From: Bacillus subtilis subsp. subtilis str. 168
GTDB taxonomy: Bacteria; Bacillota; Bacilli; Bacillales; Bacillaceae
Assembly (NCBI RefSeq): GCF_000009045.1
Contig: NC_000964.3
Location: forward strand, 2,790,001-2,854,000
Length of the DNA: 64,000 nt
Direction: 5' to 3'
How positions within the stretch are numbered: the stretch's first letter is position 1; each line of letters opens with the position of its first letter. The position numbers and the translations under genes are program-made. Of this stretch, positions 41,978 through 51,610 are shown one piece after another. Under the pieces are notes generated by a model that saw only the letters and a program-made list of their open reading frames with translations, ran no database searches and had not been told where the DNA came from.

Positions 41978-42367
41978 ATGGAGGAAACGAAACAAGTTGG
42001 AAAAGGCATTCTTTACGGCTTAATCGCCATATTTTCAGCCATGCTCCTGACAAGTTTAGCGGTTTCACTTTTATTGACCGCAACCTCGCTGGAAGAATCA
42101 TCATTTAACTGGCTGATCACCGCTATCTCATTTCTCTCTTTATTTATCGGCGGGTTCATTTCAGGCGGGAAAGGCAAGGAAAGAGGCTGGATGATTGGCG
42201 CATTGACCGCCTTAAGTTTTTCTCTGATTATCTTATTGTTTCAGTATTTAGGATTCGGAAAGACATTTACAGCAGAACAGCTGATCTTCCATCTGGGATT
42301 TTTAGGGGTGTGCATGCTGGGCGGGATTTTCGGCGTGAACATGAGGGGAAACAGGTCTTCCACATAA
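41978..42367 (+). CDS. yrzE: Four-TM membrane protein (upstream in-frame ATG at 41915 lacks an SD)
   Basis: SD AGAGGAG 7 nt before ATG 41978; GGFISGGKGKERGW..G motif. Confidence 0.8.
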   Translation: MEETKQVGKGILYGLIAIFSAMLLTSLAVSLLLTATSLEESSFNWLITAISFLSLFIGGFISGGKGKERGWMIGALTALSFSLIILLFQYLGFGKTFTAEQLIFHLGFLGVCMLGGIFGVNMRGNRSST

Positions 42368-42399
42368 AAAAGAGCGGGCTCACTTGCCCGCTCTTTTTT
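42366..42399. terminator. Bidirectional terminator yrzE/yajC
   Basis: AAAAAGAGCGGGC-tcactt-GCCCGCTCTTTTT. Confidence 0.9.
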
Positions 42400-42423
42400 G
42401 TTTGCTATGTATAGCTCCTGCTG

Positions 42424-42690
42424 TTATTCAGCAGCAGAAACTTCTCTGATCGCGCGGCGGTCGAACGTAAGACGTGTGTTATCACCAGTCTTAATTACGA
42501 CTTTGCTTTCGTCGATAGAGTCAACAGTACCGTGCAATCCCCCGATTGTCACTACTGAATCGCCTTTTTTCAGTTCCTCTTGCATTTGGCGTACAGCCTT
42601 TTGCTGCTTTTGCTGAGGACGAATCAGCAAGAAGTAAAGGACCGCAAACATTAAAATAATAGGAACCAATGTACCTAAAGTGCCAGTCAT
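42424..42690 (-). CDS. yajC: Sec accessory subunit YajC (YrbF); start ATG 42690 or 42693
   Basis: YFLLIRPQQK, GDSVVTIGGLHG. Confidence 0.95.
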   Translation of the reverse strand: MTGTLGTLVPIILMFAVLYFLLIRPQQKQQKAVRQMQEELKKGDSVVTIGGLHGTVDSIDESKVVIKTGDNTRLTFDRRAIREVSAAE

Positions 42691-42726
42691 CATTTTCACC
42701 CCTTTCTGTAAGCCTGTTATGTTTAT

Positions 42727-43893
<1,167 letters not shown>

Positions 43894-43898
43894 TCAAA

Positions 43899-44927
43899 TT
43901 ATATAATCAGCATCGCGTCTCCGAAGCTGAAGAAACGGTATTCCTCTTCCACTGCATGGTTATAGGCACGCAGAATGTTTTCTCTTCCAGCAAGCGCGCT
44001 GACCAGCATAATCAATGACGATTTCGGCAAATGGAAGTTTGTAATCATTCCGTCAATGGCTTTAAATTCATAGCCCGGATAAATAAAAATAGATGTCCAG
44101 CCGCTTGATGCTTTAAATTGCCCGTCATGTTCTCCGGCAATCGTCTCAAGCGTGCGTGTCGAGGTCGTGCCGACAGAAATGATCCGACCGCCATTTTCTC
44201 TTACTTTGTTTAAGGCTGCAGCCGTTTCTTCTGACATTTGATAAAACTCTGCATGCATATTATGCTCTTCCACTTCATCGGCACTCACAGGGCGAAACGT
44301 TCCAAGGCCTACGTGCAGTGTGATGAACTCAATTTGCACGCCTTTGTCTTTCAGCTGCTGTAAGATTTCTTCCGTGAAGTGAAGGCCAGCTGTAGGCGCA
44401 GCAGCAGAGCCAATTTCTTTTGAATACACTGTCTGGTAGCGCTCTTTGTCATCAAGCTGTTCTTTGATATATGGAGGGAGCGGCATCTCTCCAAGGGATT
44501 CAAGCACCTCGTAGAAAATACCGTCATATTGAAATTCCATCTTTCTGCCGCCGTGCTCAAGCTCTTCCGTGCAGATTGCCTTCAATCTTCCGTCTCCAAA
44601 TGTGACAACAGTTCCTTTTTTCACCCGTTTCGCCGGTTTGGCAAGTGTTTCCCATTTATCACCGGTTTCCTGTTTCAACAAAAGAAGTTCCACTTTCGCG
44701 CCGGTATCCTCTTTTGTGCCGAATAACCGCGCAGGCAGTACCCGGGTATTGTTCAGGACTAGACAATCGCCTTCGTTAAAGAAGCTGATAATGTGTTTAA
44801 ACGAGCTGTCAGTAAGCTCTCCTGTATGTTTATCGAGCACCATCAGCCTTGAAGCATCACGCTGCTCCAACGGTACTTGTGCAATTAAACGTTCTGGTAG
44901 TTCAAAATCAAATAAATCGACTTTCAT
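43899..44927 (-). CDS. queA: SAM:tRNA ribosyltransferase-isomerase
   Basis: [33 protein letters not shown]. Confidence 0.99.
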   Translation of the reverse strand: MKVDLFDFELPERLIAQVPLEQRDASRLMVLDKHTGELTDSSFKHIISFFNEGDCLVLNNTRVLPARLFGTKEDTGAKVELLLLKQETGDKWETLAKPAKRVKKGTVVTFGDGRLKAICTEELEHGGRKMEFQYDGIFYEVLESLGEMPLPPYIKEQLDDKERYQTVYSKEIGSAAAPTAGLHFTEEILQQLKDKGVQIEFITLHVGLGTFRPVSADEVEEHNMHAEFYQMSEETAAALNKVRENGGRIISVGTTSTRTLETIAGEHDGQFKASSGWTSIFIYPGYEFKAIDGMITNFHLPKSSLIMLVSALAGRENILRAYNHAVEEEYRFFSFGDAMLII

Positions 44928-44956
44928 GATGATTTCACCTTTATTCTAGTCTTTTG

Positions 44957-45157
44957 TTATTTCATTCTGCCAAAAAGATTAAGCAAAATTGATAATACCA
45001 CACTTATAATAATACAAGTGACAACCGGGAAGAAAAACGTAACATTTCCTTTTTTTACAAAAATATCTCCCGGCATCTTGCCGACAAAATGCAAAACTGC
45101 TCCGATAATAAGCAAAACAGCACCAAGAATCATAATGATCTTAGGAAATTCAGTCAT
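44957..45157 (-). CDS. yrzS: 66-aa two-TM protein (DUF2905-like)
   Basis: GKMPGDI...[12 protein letters not shown]; overlaps the ruvB stop by 8 nt. Confidence 0.8.
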   Translation of the reverse strand: MTEFPKIIMILGAVLLIIGAVLHFVGKMPGDIFVKKGNVTFFFPVVTCIIISVVLSILLNLFGRMK

Positions 45158-46154
45158 ATCGGGGAGCCTCCATTTGGAAATGATGATAAACGGCCGGTGT
45201 CACGATCCTTCCACGCGGCGTTCTTTGTATAAATCCAATTTGCAGCAGATATGGTTCATATACGTCTTCAATCGTATGCGATTCCTCGCCGATGGTAGCT
45301 GAAATCGTATCAAGGCCTACTGGGCCGCCGTTGAATTTTTCGATCATGCCCATCAGCAGCTTATGATCAATATGATCCAAACCGAGGCGGTCAACCTGAA
45401 GCCGCTCCAGCGCATTCTGAGAAATGTCTTCCGTAATCCTGCTGTCACCCAGCACTTGGGCGAAATCGCGCACCCTTCTCAGCAGGCGGTTCGCCACGCG
45501 GGGCGTCCCTCTCGATCTTCTTGCAATTTCAAGAGCCGACGGTTTATCAATCTCAACCTCGAATACATCAGCGGTTCTTGTGACAATATCCGCCAGTTCT
45601 TCTTGTGTATAGTACTCAAGGCGAGACATTACGCCGAATCTGTCTCTTAAAGGAGCCGTCAAAAGCCCCACCCTCGTCGTGGCTCCCACCAGCGTAAAAG
45701 GCGGAAGGTCGAGGCGAACCGAGCGGGCAGATGGGCCTTTGCCAATCACAATGTCCAGGCAAAAGTCTTCCATTGCAGGATAAAGCACCTCTTCGATCGA
45801 TCTGTGCAGCCTATGTATTTCATCAATAAATAATACATCTCCCGGTTCCAGCGCCGTTAATATAGCAGCCAAATCACCAGGCCTTTCAATCGCAGGCCCT
45901 GATGTCGTCCGCAATTCCACTCCCATTTCATTAGCAACAATCGAAGCAAGCGTTGTTTTTCCGAGTCCGGGCGGCCCGTACAGAAGAACATGATCCAGCG
46001 TCTCCTGTCTCATTTTCGCCGCATCTATAAACACGCGCAAATTTTCTTTTACCTTATGCTGCCCGATATACTGTGCCAGATTTTGCGGCCTCAGGCTTTG
46101 CTCTATCACTGATTCATGGTTGTCTGCTTCACTTGAGACGAGCCGTTCATCCAT
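45150..46154 (-). CDS. ruvB: Holliday junction helicase RuvB
   Basis: [23 protein letters not shown]. Confidence 0.99.
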   Translation of the reverse strand: MDERLVSSEADNHESVIEQSLRPQNLAQYIGQHKVKENLRVFIDAAKMRQETLDHVLLYGPPGLGKTTLASIVANEMGVELRTTSGPAIERPGDLAAILTALEPGDVLFIDEIHRLHRSIEEVLYPAMEDFCLDIVIGKGPSARSVRLDLPPFTLVGATTRVGLLTAPLRDRFGVMSRLEYYTQEELADIVTRTADVFEVEIDKPSALEIARRSRGTPRVANRLLRRVRDFAQVLGDSRITEDISQNALERLQVDRLGLDHIDHKLLMGMIEKFNGGPVGLDTISATIGEESHTIEDVYEPYLLQIGFIQRTPRGRIVTPAVYHHFQMEAPRYD

Positions 46155-46164
46155 GAACATCACC

Positions 46165-46770
46165 TTACTTTAATAGTTTTTGTAATGCTTTTTTCACATA
46201 TTGGTCTGTTGTCAGCCCAATTTCTTCTTTAAGGTGAGGAAGCACCTTTTTGATTTCTTTTTCAGCATATCCGAGAACCCTGAGGGCTTCAAGTGCTTCT
46301 TCAAGAGCCGTTTCCGCTGTTTGCTTTTCAAGCCTTTCTTCATGATTAAACAGATTTTCAATCATTTCAGGCACAACATCTGCCAGCTTTCCTTTTAAAT
46401 CTAGAATAATCTGGCGTGCGGTTTTCTTTCCTACTCCAGGAAACTTGACCAAAAAAGCTTCATCTTCATTTTCAATTGCTTGGATGACCGCTCCGGGATC
46501 ACCCGAGCCCAAGATGGCAAGTGCTCCTTTCGGGCCAATTCCGGTCACGTTTAACAGCTTTGTAAAGAGCGCCTTCTCCTCTCTTGTTGAAAAACCATAA
46601 AGCGAAAAAGCATCCTCTCTGATATGATGGTATGTAAAAATCGTTTCTTGGCTTCTCTCCTTATATATAAACGGATTCGGCGTGAAAATCTGATAGCCGA
46701 TGCCGCCGTTCTCTATGACAATATATTGGGGAGATACATAATCAATCGTCCCTTTAACAAATTCAATCAC
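46165..46770 (-). CDS. ruvA: Holliday junction binding protein RuvA
   Basis: [17 protein letters not shown] and GVGKKTA HhH motifs. Confidence 0.99.
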
Positions 46771-46797
46771 GCAAATTCACCTCTTTGACTGTTCTTC

Positions 46798-46848
46798 ATT
46801 GTACCATAAAAACAGCCAAAGTCTTATAGAAAAGTTAACATATGTTCG
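46798..46848 (-). promoter_or_regulatory. ruvA promoter with LexA (SOS) box
   Basis: CGAACATATGTTAA (46835-46848) versus consensus CGAAC-N4-GTTCG; extended -10 TGgTACAAT (46798-46806). Confidence 0.75.
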
Positions 46849-46868
46849 CTTCTCTCTCATTCTTTCAC

Positions 46869-46896
46869 GAAAAAAAAGACATGAATACATGTCTTC
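46869..46896 (-). terminator. bofC terminator
   Basis: AAGACATG-tatt-CATGTCTT then poly-T. Confidence 0.75.
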
Positions 46897-46908
46897 AATC
46901 AGCGGACG

Positions 46909-47421
46909 CTACCCGCTGTATGTCTTCATATGTTCGATGACATCCTCAAACTCCGCTTTTGTCCGAAATGGAATGCCTTTCAGCAGATTTTTTTGCATAT
47001 GGCTTTCCAGCCTTTCTAAATCAATTTGAAAAAAAGACTGAATTGGTTCGGAAGCTGGCTCAGGCCGCCCATGAAAAGTGGAAATCACTCCATTATCCGA
47101 TACACCGATATACCCGTTGACCTTGCTGAGCGGAGAAATATCGTCCATTTGCTTCCGGAAGAGCACATATCCCTTTTTTTGTTCCACTAGCGTCCATCCG
47201 GCATAAGCTGCCCAAAAATCATCCATAGAAAACACTTTTTCATGCTTATGCTCAATGCTGACATCGCCGTCCAAATACACCTTTTCAAGCTGCACATGCA
47301 CCTGCAGCGGCTCATAGTGCTCCACTTCCGCGCCAAGTGCGCGGGAAGGAGCTCCTATTAAAAATACTGCCGCTGAGCAAAGAATGCCCAGCAAAAGATA
47401 CGCCGTGCTGAATCGTTTCAC
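46909..47421 (-). CDS. bofC: Forespore regulator BofC (secreted SpoIVB inhibitor)
   Basis: Signal peptide, LEKVYLDG, DISPLSKVNGYIG; GTG start. Confidence 0.93.
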   Translation of the reverse strand: MKRFSTAYLLLGILCSAAVFLIGAPSRALGAEVEHYEPLQVHVQLEKVYLDGDVSIEHKHEKVFSMDDFWAAYAGWTLVEQKKGYVLFRKQMDDISPLSKVNGYIGVSDNGVISTFHGRPEPASEPIQSFFQIDLERLESHMQKNLLKGIPFRTKAEFEDVIEHMKTYSG

Positions 47422-47468
47422 CCTCTACACCTCTTTGCACACGTTTATGATTAGTTTGACCAAAGAGG

Positions 47469-48776
47469 CTACTGCTTAACCGTTTTATCAAAATTTGTCT
47501 GCACATTTTCCCTGACAAACCGTTCCTCCGTATACACATCTGTGCTTTGCTCAGAAATTGTCAAGAATCGCGTCAGAAAGGCACTGAAAAAATACAATGC
47601 CGCAAAGATCCAAATCACGCCACCTGCACCGAGCGGCCCAATGAAAAGACTCACGATGCCCGGCGCGATAAACGCACATAAACCAGATCCCAAATTCAAC
47701 ACTGACATGGCAGCACCTTTATTATCAGGTGCAAGCGTCGGCAAAAGCGCGCTTAATGGGACGTACCCTGCTAAAGCCGCGCCGTAGCAGCAGGCGATAA
47801 TCATGAGCACCCAATACTGATGCCCGATCAGCTGAGGCGTGTAATACAGCGCCAGCGTAAAAATACCGCATCCGACACCGCCAAACCACATGACCGTATT
47901 GCGCCAGCCTAGTTTATCTCCGACTGCACCGAAAATGATATTAAACACAATATTCACAAAAAACAGCGTCCCCCATATTTGCAGCCATTCCGAAACCGAA
48001 TACCCGTATCGTGCTAAATAAGTAGGAAGAAAGATGGCAAATCCAAATTGTCCTATCGCATTAATCGTCTTGACCACTCCGCCGATGCCTACCTTAGGGT
48101 TTTCAAACATAATCGTAAATGCCTTCGACAGTTCTTTCCATTTCGGCTGATCTTGTTTTTGTATCGGAGTAAATTTATCTTTGTTAAAAAATAAGGCAAG
48201 AATTCCGCCTGCCGCCACAAACAGTAAAGCGCTCCAAAGCGTATTGATTTCTCCAAAGGCCGGAACTGCATAGCTGGAATAGAACGGACCGAGCACGTTA
48301 AGGCCGCACGTAAACATAAACCAAAACCAGCCGACGGCTTTTCCAAGAATATTTTGAGAGGTGCTGTATGACACCCATACGAGAAAAGAGTATGCAAACA
48401 GCGGATATCCCAAGCCTCTAAGAGCATAGCTGCCCAAGAGAGCCGGATAATACATATGAGGAATCGCCCAGCCGATAAAAGCGGCCGAACCGAGGATAAA
48501 TGCAAGCAATCCGACAGTCATCGTTTTTCTCGGCCCCCAAGTTTGGACAAACGTTCCTGAAAGCCAAGCTGAGATGGTGACAGCAATGCCGTACATGGTA
48601 AATAACGATGCGGATTGCTGCATACTGAGACCATGATCAACGAGAAAAGGAGACAGCCAGCCTTGTTCGAGGCCGTCTCCAACCATAAAGATGACAACGC
48701 CAATATAACCCCAAACCATGTGAGAAGGAATTCCGATTTTGTTCAAAACATTTCCTTTAGCATGTACTGTATTCAT
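47469..48776 (-). CDS. csbX: MFS transporter, polyol-permease (RbtT/DalT-like) family
   Basis: WGYIGVVIFMVGDG, ALRGLGYPLFAY; about 12 TM. Confidence 0.9.
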   Translation of the reverse strand: MNTVHAKGNVLNKIGIPSHMVWGYIGVVIFMVGDGLEQGWLSPFLVDHGLSMQQSASLFTMYGIAVTISAWLSGTFVQTWGPRKTMTVGLLAFILGSAAFIGWAIPHMYYPALLGSYALRGLGYPLFAYSFLVWVSYSTSQNILGKAVGWFWFMFTCGLNVLGPFYSSYAVPAFGEINTLWSALLFVAAGGILALFFNKDKFTPIQKQDQPKWKELSKAFTIMFENPKVGIGGVVKTINAIGQFGFAIFLPTYLARYGYSVSEWLQIWGTLFFVNIVFNIIFGAVGDKLGWRNTVMWFGGVGCGIFTLALYYTPQLIGHQYWVLMIIACCYGAALAGYVPLSALLPTLAPDNKGAAMSVLNLGSGLCAFIAPGIVSLFIGPLGAGGVIWIFAALYFFSAFLTRFLTISEQSTDVYTEERFVRENVQTNFDKTVKQ

Positions 48777-48812
48777 TTTCTCCACCGCCTACTTAAAGTA
48801 TCAATGGAGTAT

Positions 48813-48838
48813 ATACCCAAGCTTGCTGAATTGTAATC
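48813..48838 (-). promoter_or_regulatory. SigB promoter for csbX(-bofC)
   Basis: GATTAC-14 nt-GGGTAT (perfect SigB -10). Confidence 0.75.
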
Positions 48839-48846
48839 CTGTTAGA

Positions 48847-49872
48847 TTAAAAAGCGATTTTTTCAGTGTGCTCAATGCTAACAGGCATGCCAAAAGCAAG
48901 CGATTGCTGTGCTGCTCTGGCGATCCTCCCGGCCTGTAAACCGTCATTGCCGGTGCAGGGAGTCTCCTGGTTTGTGCCGATCGCTTCTGCAAAACGGAGA
49001 ATCTCCTCCTCATATGAATCCTTATAGCGTTCAAGGAAAAAGAAATGCGGTTTATCCTTCATCACAAAATCAGCTGTTGACACCTCAACCGTTGTCGGCC
49101 TGCTATTGTCAGCCGCTGCAGAGCCTTTCGTCCCGAAAACCTCAACCCGCTGGTCATATCCGTACACAGCTTGGCGGCTGTTATCAATCACAGCCATGGC
49201 ACCGTTTTCAAAAGTCAGTGTAATAACAGCTGTATCAATATCACCCAGCTCCGCAAAAGAAGGATTCACCAAAGCCGCCCCTTTGGCATACACTTCCGTC
49301 ACTTCGCTTCCCATAATATATCTGGCCATATCAAAATCATGGATCGACATATCCATAAACAATCCGCCTGACGTACGGACATAATCTATATTCGGGGGTT
49401 CTGGGTCCCGGGACGTGATTTTTAATAAATGAGGTGTACCGATTTCACCATTTTCAACAATCGTTTTGATTTTCTTAAAATGAGGATCAAAGCGGCGGTT
49501 AAATCCGACTTGAAGTGTTACCCCGTGTTTCCGGACAGCCGCAAGCGCTTCACTCGTTTCGTCCAGAGAGAAACTAACGGGCTTCTCACAAAATATATGC
49601 TTTTTCGCCTCGGCTGCTTCTTTGATCATCTGTGCATGTACGGCTGTAGGAGAGCAAATAAAAATAGCATCAATATCAGGATCATGTAATAAATCACGAT
49701 AATCAGAGGTTATGTATTCAATCTGATGACTGTCGGCCCAGCTTTTTATACGGCTCGCCTGAATGTCAGAGATTGCTTTTATTTTCATGTGAGGAATCCG
49801 GCTTATATTTTGAACATGAAGTTTGCCGATGCGGCCTGCACCGATAATCCCTGTCACAATCTGTTTTGTCAT
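48847..49872 (-). CDS. yrbE: Gfo/Idh/MocA NAD-dependent oxidoreductase, inositol-2-dehydrogenase-like
   Basis: GAGRIG, CEKP, GFNRRFD, SRDP, DMSIHDFD, YGYDQR. Confidence 0.9.
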   Translation of the reverse strand: MTKQIVTGIIGAGRIGKLHVQNISRIPHMKIKAISDIQASRIKSWADSHQIEYITSDYRDLLHDPDIDAIFICSPTAVHAQMIKEAAEAKKHIFCEKPVSFSLDETSEALAAVRKHGVTLQVGFNRRFDPHFKKIKTIVENGEIGTPHLLKITSRDPEPPNIDYVRTSGGLFMDMSIHDFDMARYIMGSEVTEVYAKGAALVNPSFAELGDIDTAVITLTFENGAMAVIDNSRQAVYGYDQRVEVFGTKGSAAADNSRPTTVEVSTADFVMKDKPHFFFLERYKDSYEEEILRFAEAIGTNQETPCTGNDGLQAGRIARAAQQSLAFGMPVSIEHTEKIAF

Positions 49873-49898
49873 GGCTTCTTCCCCCTTGATCATTCACG

Positions 49899-49948
49899 AA
49901 AGCGCTTTATTTAAAATTAATACTATCCCATTTGTAAGCGCTTTTCAA
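49899..49948 (-). promoter_or_regulatory. yrbE SigA promoter with two cre/LacI-like operators
   Basis: TTGAAA-17 nt-TAGTAT (49920-49948); TGAAAAGCGCTTACA (49933-49947) overlapping the -35; AAAGCGCTTT palindrome (49899-49908). Confidence 0.65.
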
Positions 49949-50109
49949 GAATGGAAATTAAACGTTCTATGTCTCTTTTATCACAATTCATGCTTATAAG
50001 TAGCCTTCTTCTTCAAGACCAGATACACTAGAATTAGGCTCTTTTTCCTGAACAGTTTATGATTTTCCTATAAACAGCTGCATAAAATAGAGCAAAGAAG
50101 GTGAATGAA

Positions 50110-50757
50110 ATGCTGACAAAAGCAGAGGCACTGGCCCATACCGTCATATACCGCAAGAACAGCAGATTTGATAAAGTCAAAGAGAAATCCGAGGAATTAA
50201 CACTAATCGGCAAGGGAAGAAGCGCCTATGTGTTTGCCTTAACAGAAGGCGGTCGAAAAATGGCGCTGAAAGTATTTTTTCCGGAATATCAAGCGACAGC
50301 AGTCAAAGAAGCAGCGATCTATGAAAAATTAGCCGGGTCCGCATTCTATCCTGACATTTACGAAACTGGCGATTCATTTATTCTCATGGAATATATTAAA
50401 GGTGAAACCTTTTATAACTGTCTGAAGAAAGGCATTGCAATCAGTGATGACATGATTCAGCAGGTTGAAGAAGCGCTTTCTGACGCCCGGGCAGCCGGAC
50501 TGAACCCGTCAGATATTCATTTGCGGAATCTGATATTGACAGAAACCGGGGCGGTGCGGGTGATTGATGTTGCGAGATTTGAGCAGACAAAAACATGCAC
50601 GCAGTGGGACGACTTAAAATCCGCATATCATGCACTCTACAAAAAACCGATATTCCCCAAAAAGATTCCGGGTTTTTGGCTGGAGATCATCGCATTTTTA
50701 TATAAGAAAGATTGGTTTCAAAAGCATTTCGCACAGCGGAAAAGAAAATATTCTTAA
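50110..50757 (+). CDS. yrzF: Minimal Ser/Thr protein-kinase-like protein
   Basis: IGKGRSAYVF, ALKVF, KEAAIY, LMEYI, SDIHLRN, VIDVA; SD AAGGTG. Confidence 0.85.
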   Translation: MLTKAEALAHTVIYRKNSRFDKVKEKSEELTLIGKGRSAYVFALTEGGRKMALKVFFPEYQATAVKEAAIYEKLAGSAFYPDIYETGDSFILMEYIKGETFYNCLKKGIAISDDMIQQVEEALSDARAAGLNPSDIHLRNLILTETGAVRVIDVARFEQTKTCTQWDDLKSAYHALYKKPIFPKKIPGFWLEIIAFLYKKDWFQKHFAQRKRKYS

Positions 50758-50762
50758 ATCAA

Positions 50763-50790
50763 AAAGGCAGCCGCACAAGCGGCTGCCTTT
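50763..50790. terminator. Bidirectional terminator after yrzF
   Basis: AAAGGCAGCCGC-acaa-GCGGCTGCCTTT. Confidence 0.85.
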
Positions 50791-50802
50791 ATCATGTATT
50801 TT

Positions 50803-50925
50803 TTACTTTCTGACGGCAGAAATCAGTTTCATTTGTTCAGGCGACAGCTTAATTCGATAGCCTCTCACAGTTAAGTAGACCGCTTCTGGGTCCTTCTCGC
50901 CGGAATGACAATACGTTTTTTCCAT
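50803..50925 (-). CDS. Candidate 40-aa small protein (missing from the ORF track)
   Basis: SD GGGTGAGGGGAG; MEKTYCHSGEKDPEAVYLTVRGYRIKLSPEQMKLISAVRK; stop 12 nt before the shared terminator. Confidence 0.6.
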   Translation of the reverse strand: MEKTYCHSGEKDPEAVYLTVRGYRIKLSPEQMKLISAVRK

Positions 50926-51004
50926 TTCTGTCTCCCCTCACCCTTTATTGGCTTTATTTCATCTTATCATTGCTTTATTGAGGTAATTTTAAAGAAATGT
51001 AAAG

Positions 51005-51034
51005 ATTATATGAATCCGATATATAGTAAAATGA
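51005..51034 (-). promoter_or_regulatory. SigE-like promoter upstream of the 40-aa ORF
   Basis: TCATTTT-15 nt-CATATAAT. Confidence 0.5.
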
Positions 51035-51300
51035 GAGAAAAAAAGGGAGAGAGTCACATTAAGACCGAAAACACCTTGAGCTTAGATGCAGCCAGAGGTG
51101 AACTTGTAAATGAAAAAACACTTGTCAAGAGAACAATCTACTGGAATTACCCGGACAGCCGCCCAGCAGTGACGTGGATCAATCACAATACAGTGAAAAT
51201 CGGCAATCAGACTTTACATCTTGATACTGATGAAACGTATGATTGGCGAAAAGATGATCATTGGATCCGTGAAGAACCGCCGCAGGCGTCAGTGAGGTGA
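51010..51300 (+). CDS. yrzH: Hypothetical protein, apparently a DUF5412-like C-terminal domain; start uncertain, possibly a gene remnant
   Basis: ARGELV...TIYWNY...VTWINHNTVKI...YDWR; the ATGs lack an SD, while an SD precedes in-frame ATT at 51058. Confidence 0.55.
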   Translation: MNPIYSKMREKKGESHIKTENTLSLDAARGELVNEKTLVKRTIYWNYPDSRPAVTWINHNTVKIGNQTLHLDTDETYDWRKDDHWIREEPPQASVR

Positions 51301-51306
51301 TGAAAC

Positions 51307-51447
51307 ATGAATAAGATGAACGGAACAAATGATGAAAAGCATTTCAATCATTTTGTGATTGCTTTATCCTTTATATACGGTTTGACTGAACTAGGCTATT
51401 TGTTGCTGAAGGATTTTATAACAATTGCCATAAGTTTGCCTCTGTAG
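51307..51447 (+). CDS. yrzT: 46-aa hydrophobic small protein (missing from the ORF track)
   Basis: SD GAGGTG; MNKMNGTNDEKHFNHFVIALSFIYGLTELGYLLLKDFITIAISLPL. Confidence 0.6.
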   Translation: MNKMNGTNDEKHFNHFVIALSFIYGLTELGYLLLKDFITIAISLPL

Positions 51448-51485
51448 AAAAACGCAGCGTAGTCGATACGCCGCGTTTTTTCTTT
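51448..51485 (+). terminator. Terminator after yrzT
   Basis: AAAAACGC-A-GCGTA-gtcga-TACGC-C-GCGTTTTTT. Confidence 0.8.
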
Positions 51486-51610
51486 TTCCCTTCCTCTTCT
51501 TATTGATAATTACAGGTCATATAATGTGACAAATCGATTGTAGAAATAGTTCGATTAGACCAAAATCCTTTTTATACATGTATTCGAATTTGAAGTGAGG
51601 GGGAAGCTTG

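Noticed and set aside
50905-51009. 131-aa version of yrzH starting at ATG 50905
   Set aside because: No SD, and it overlaps the better-supported minus-strand 40-aa ORF and its promoter.
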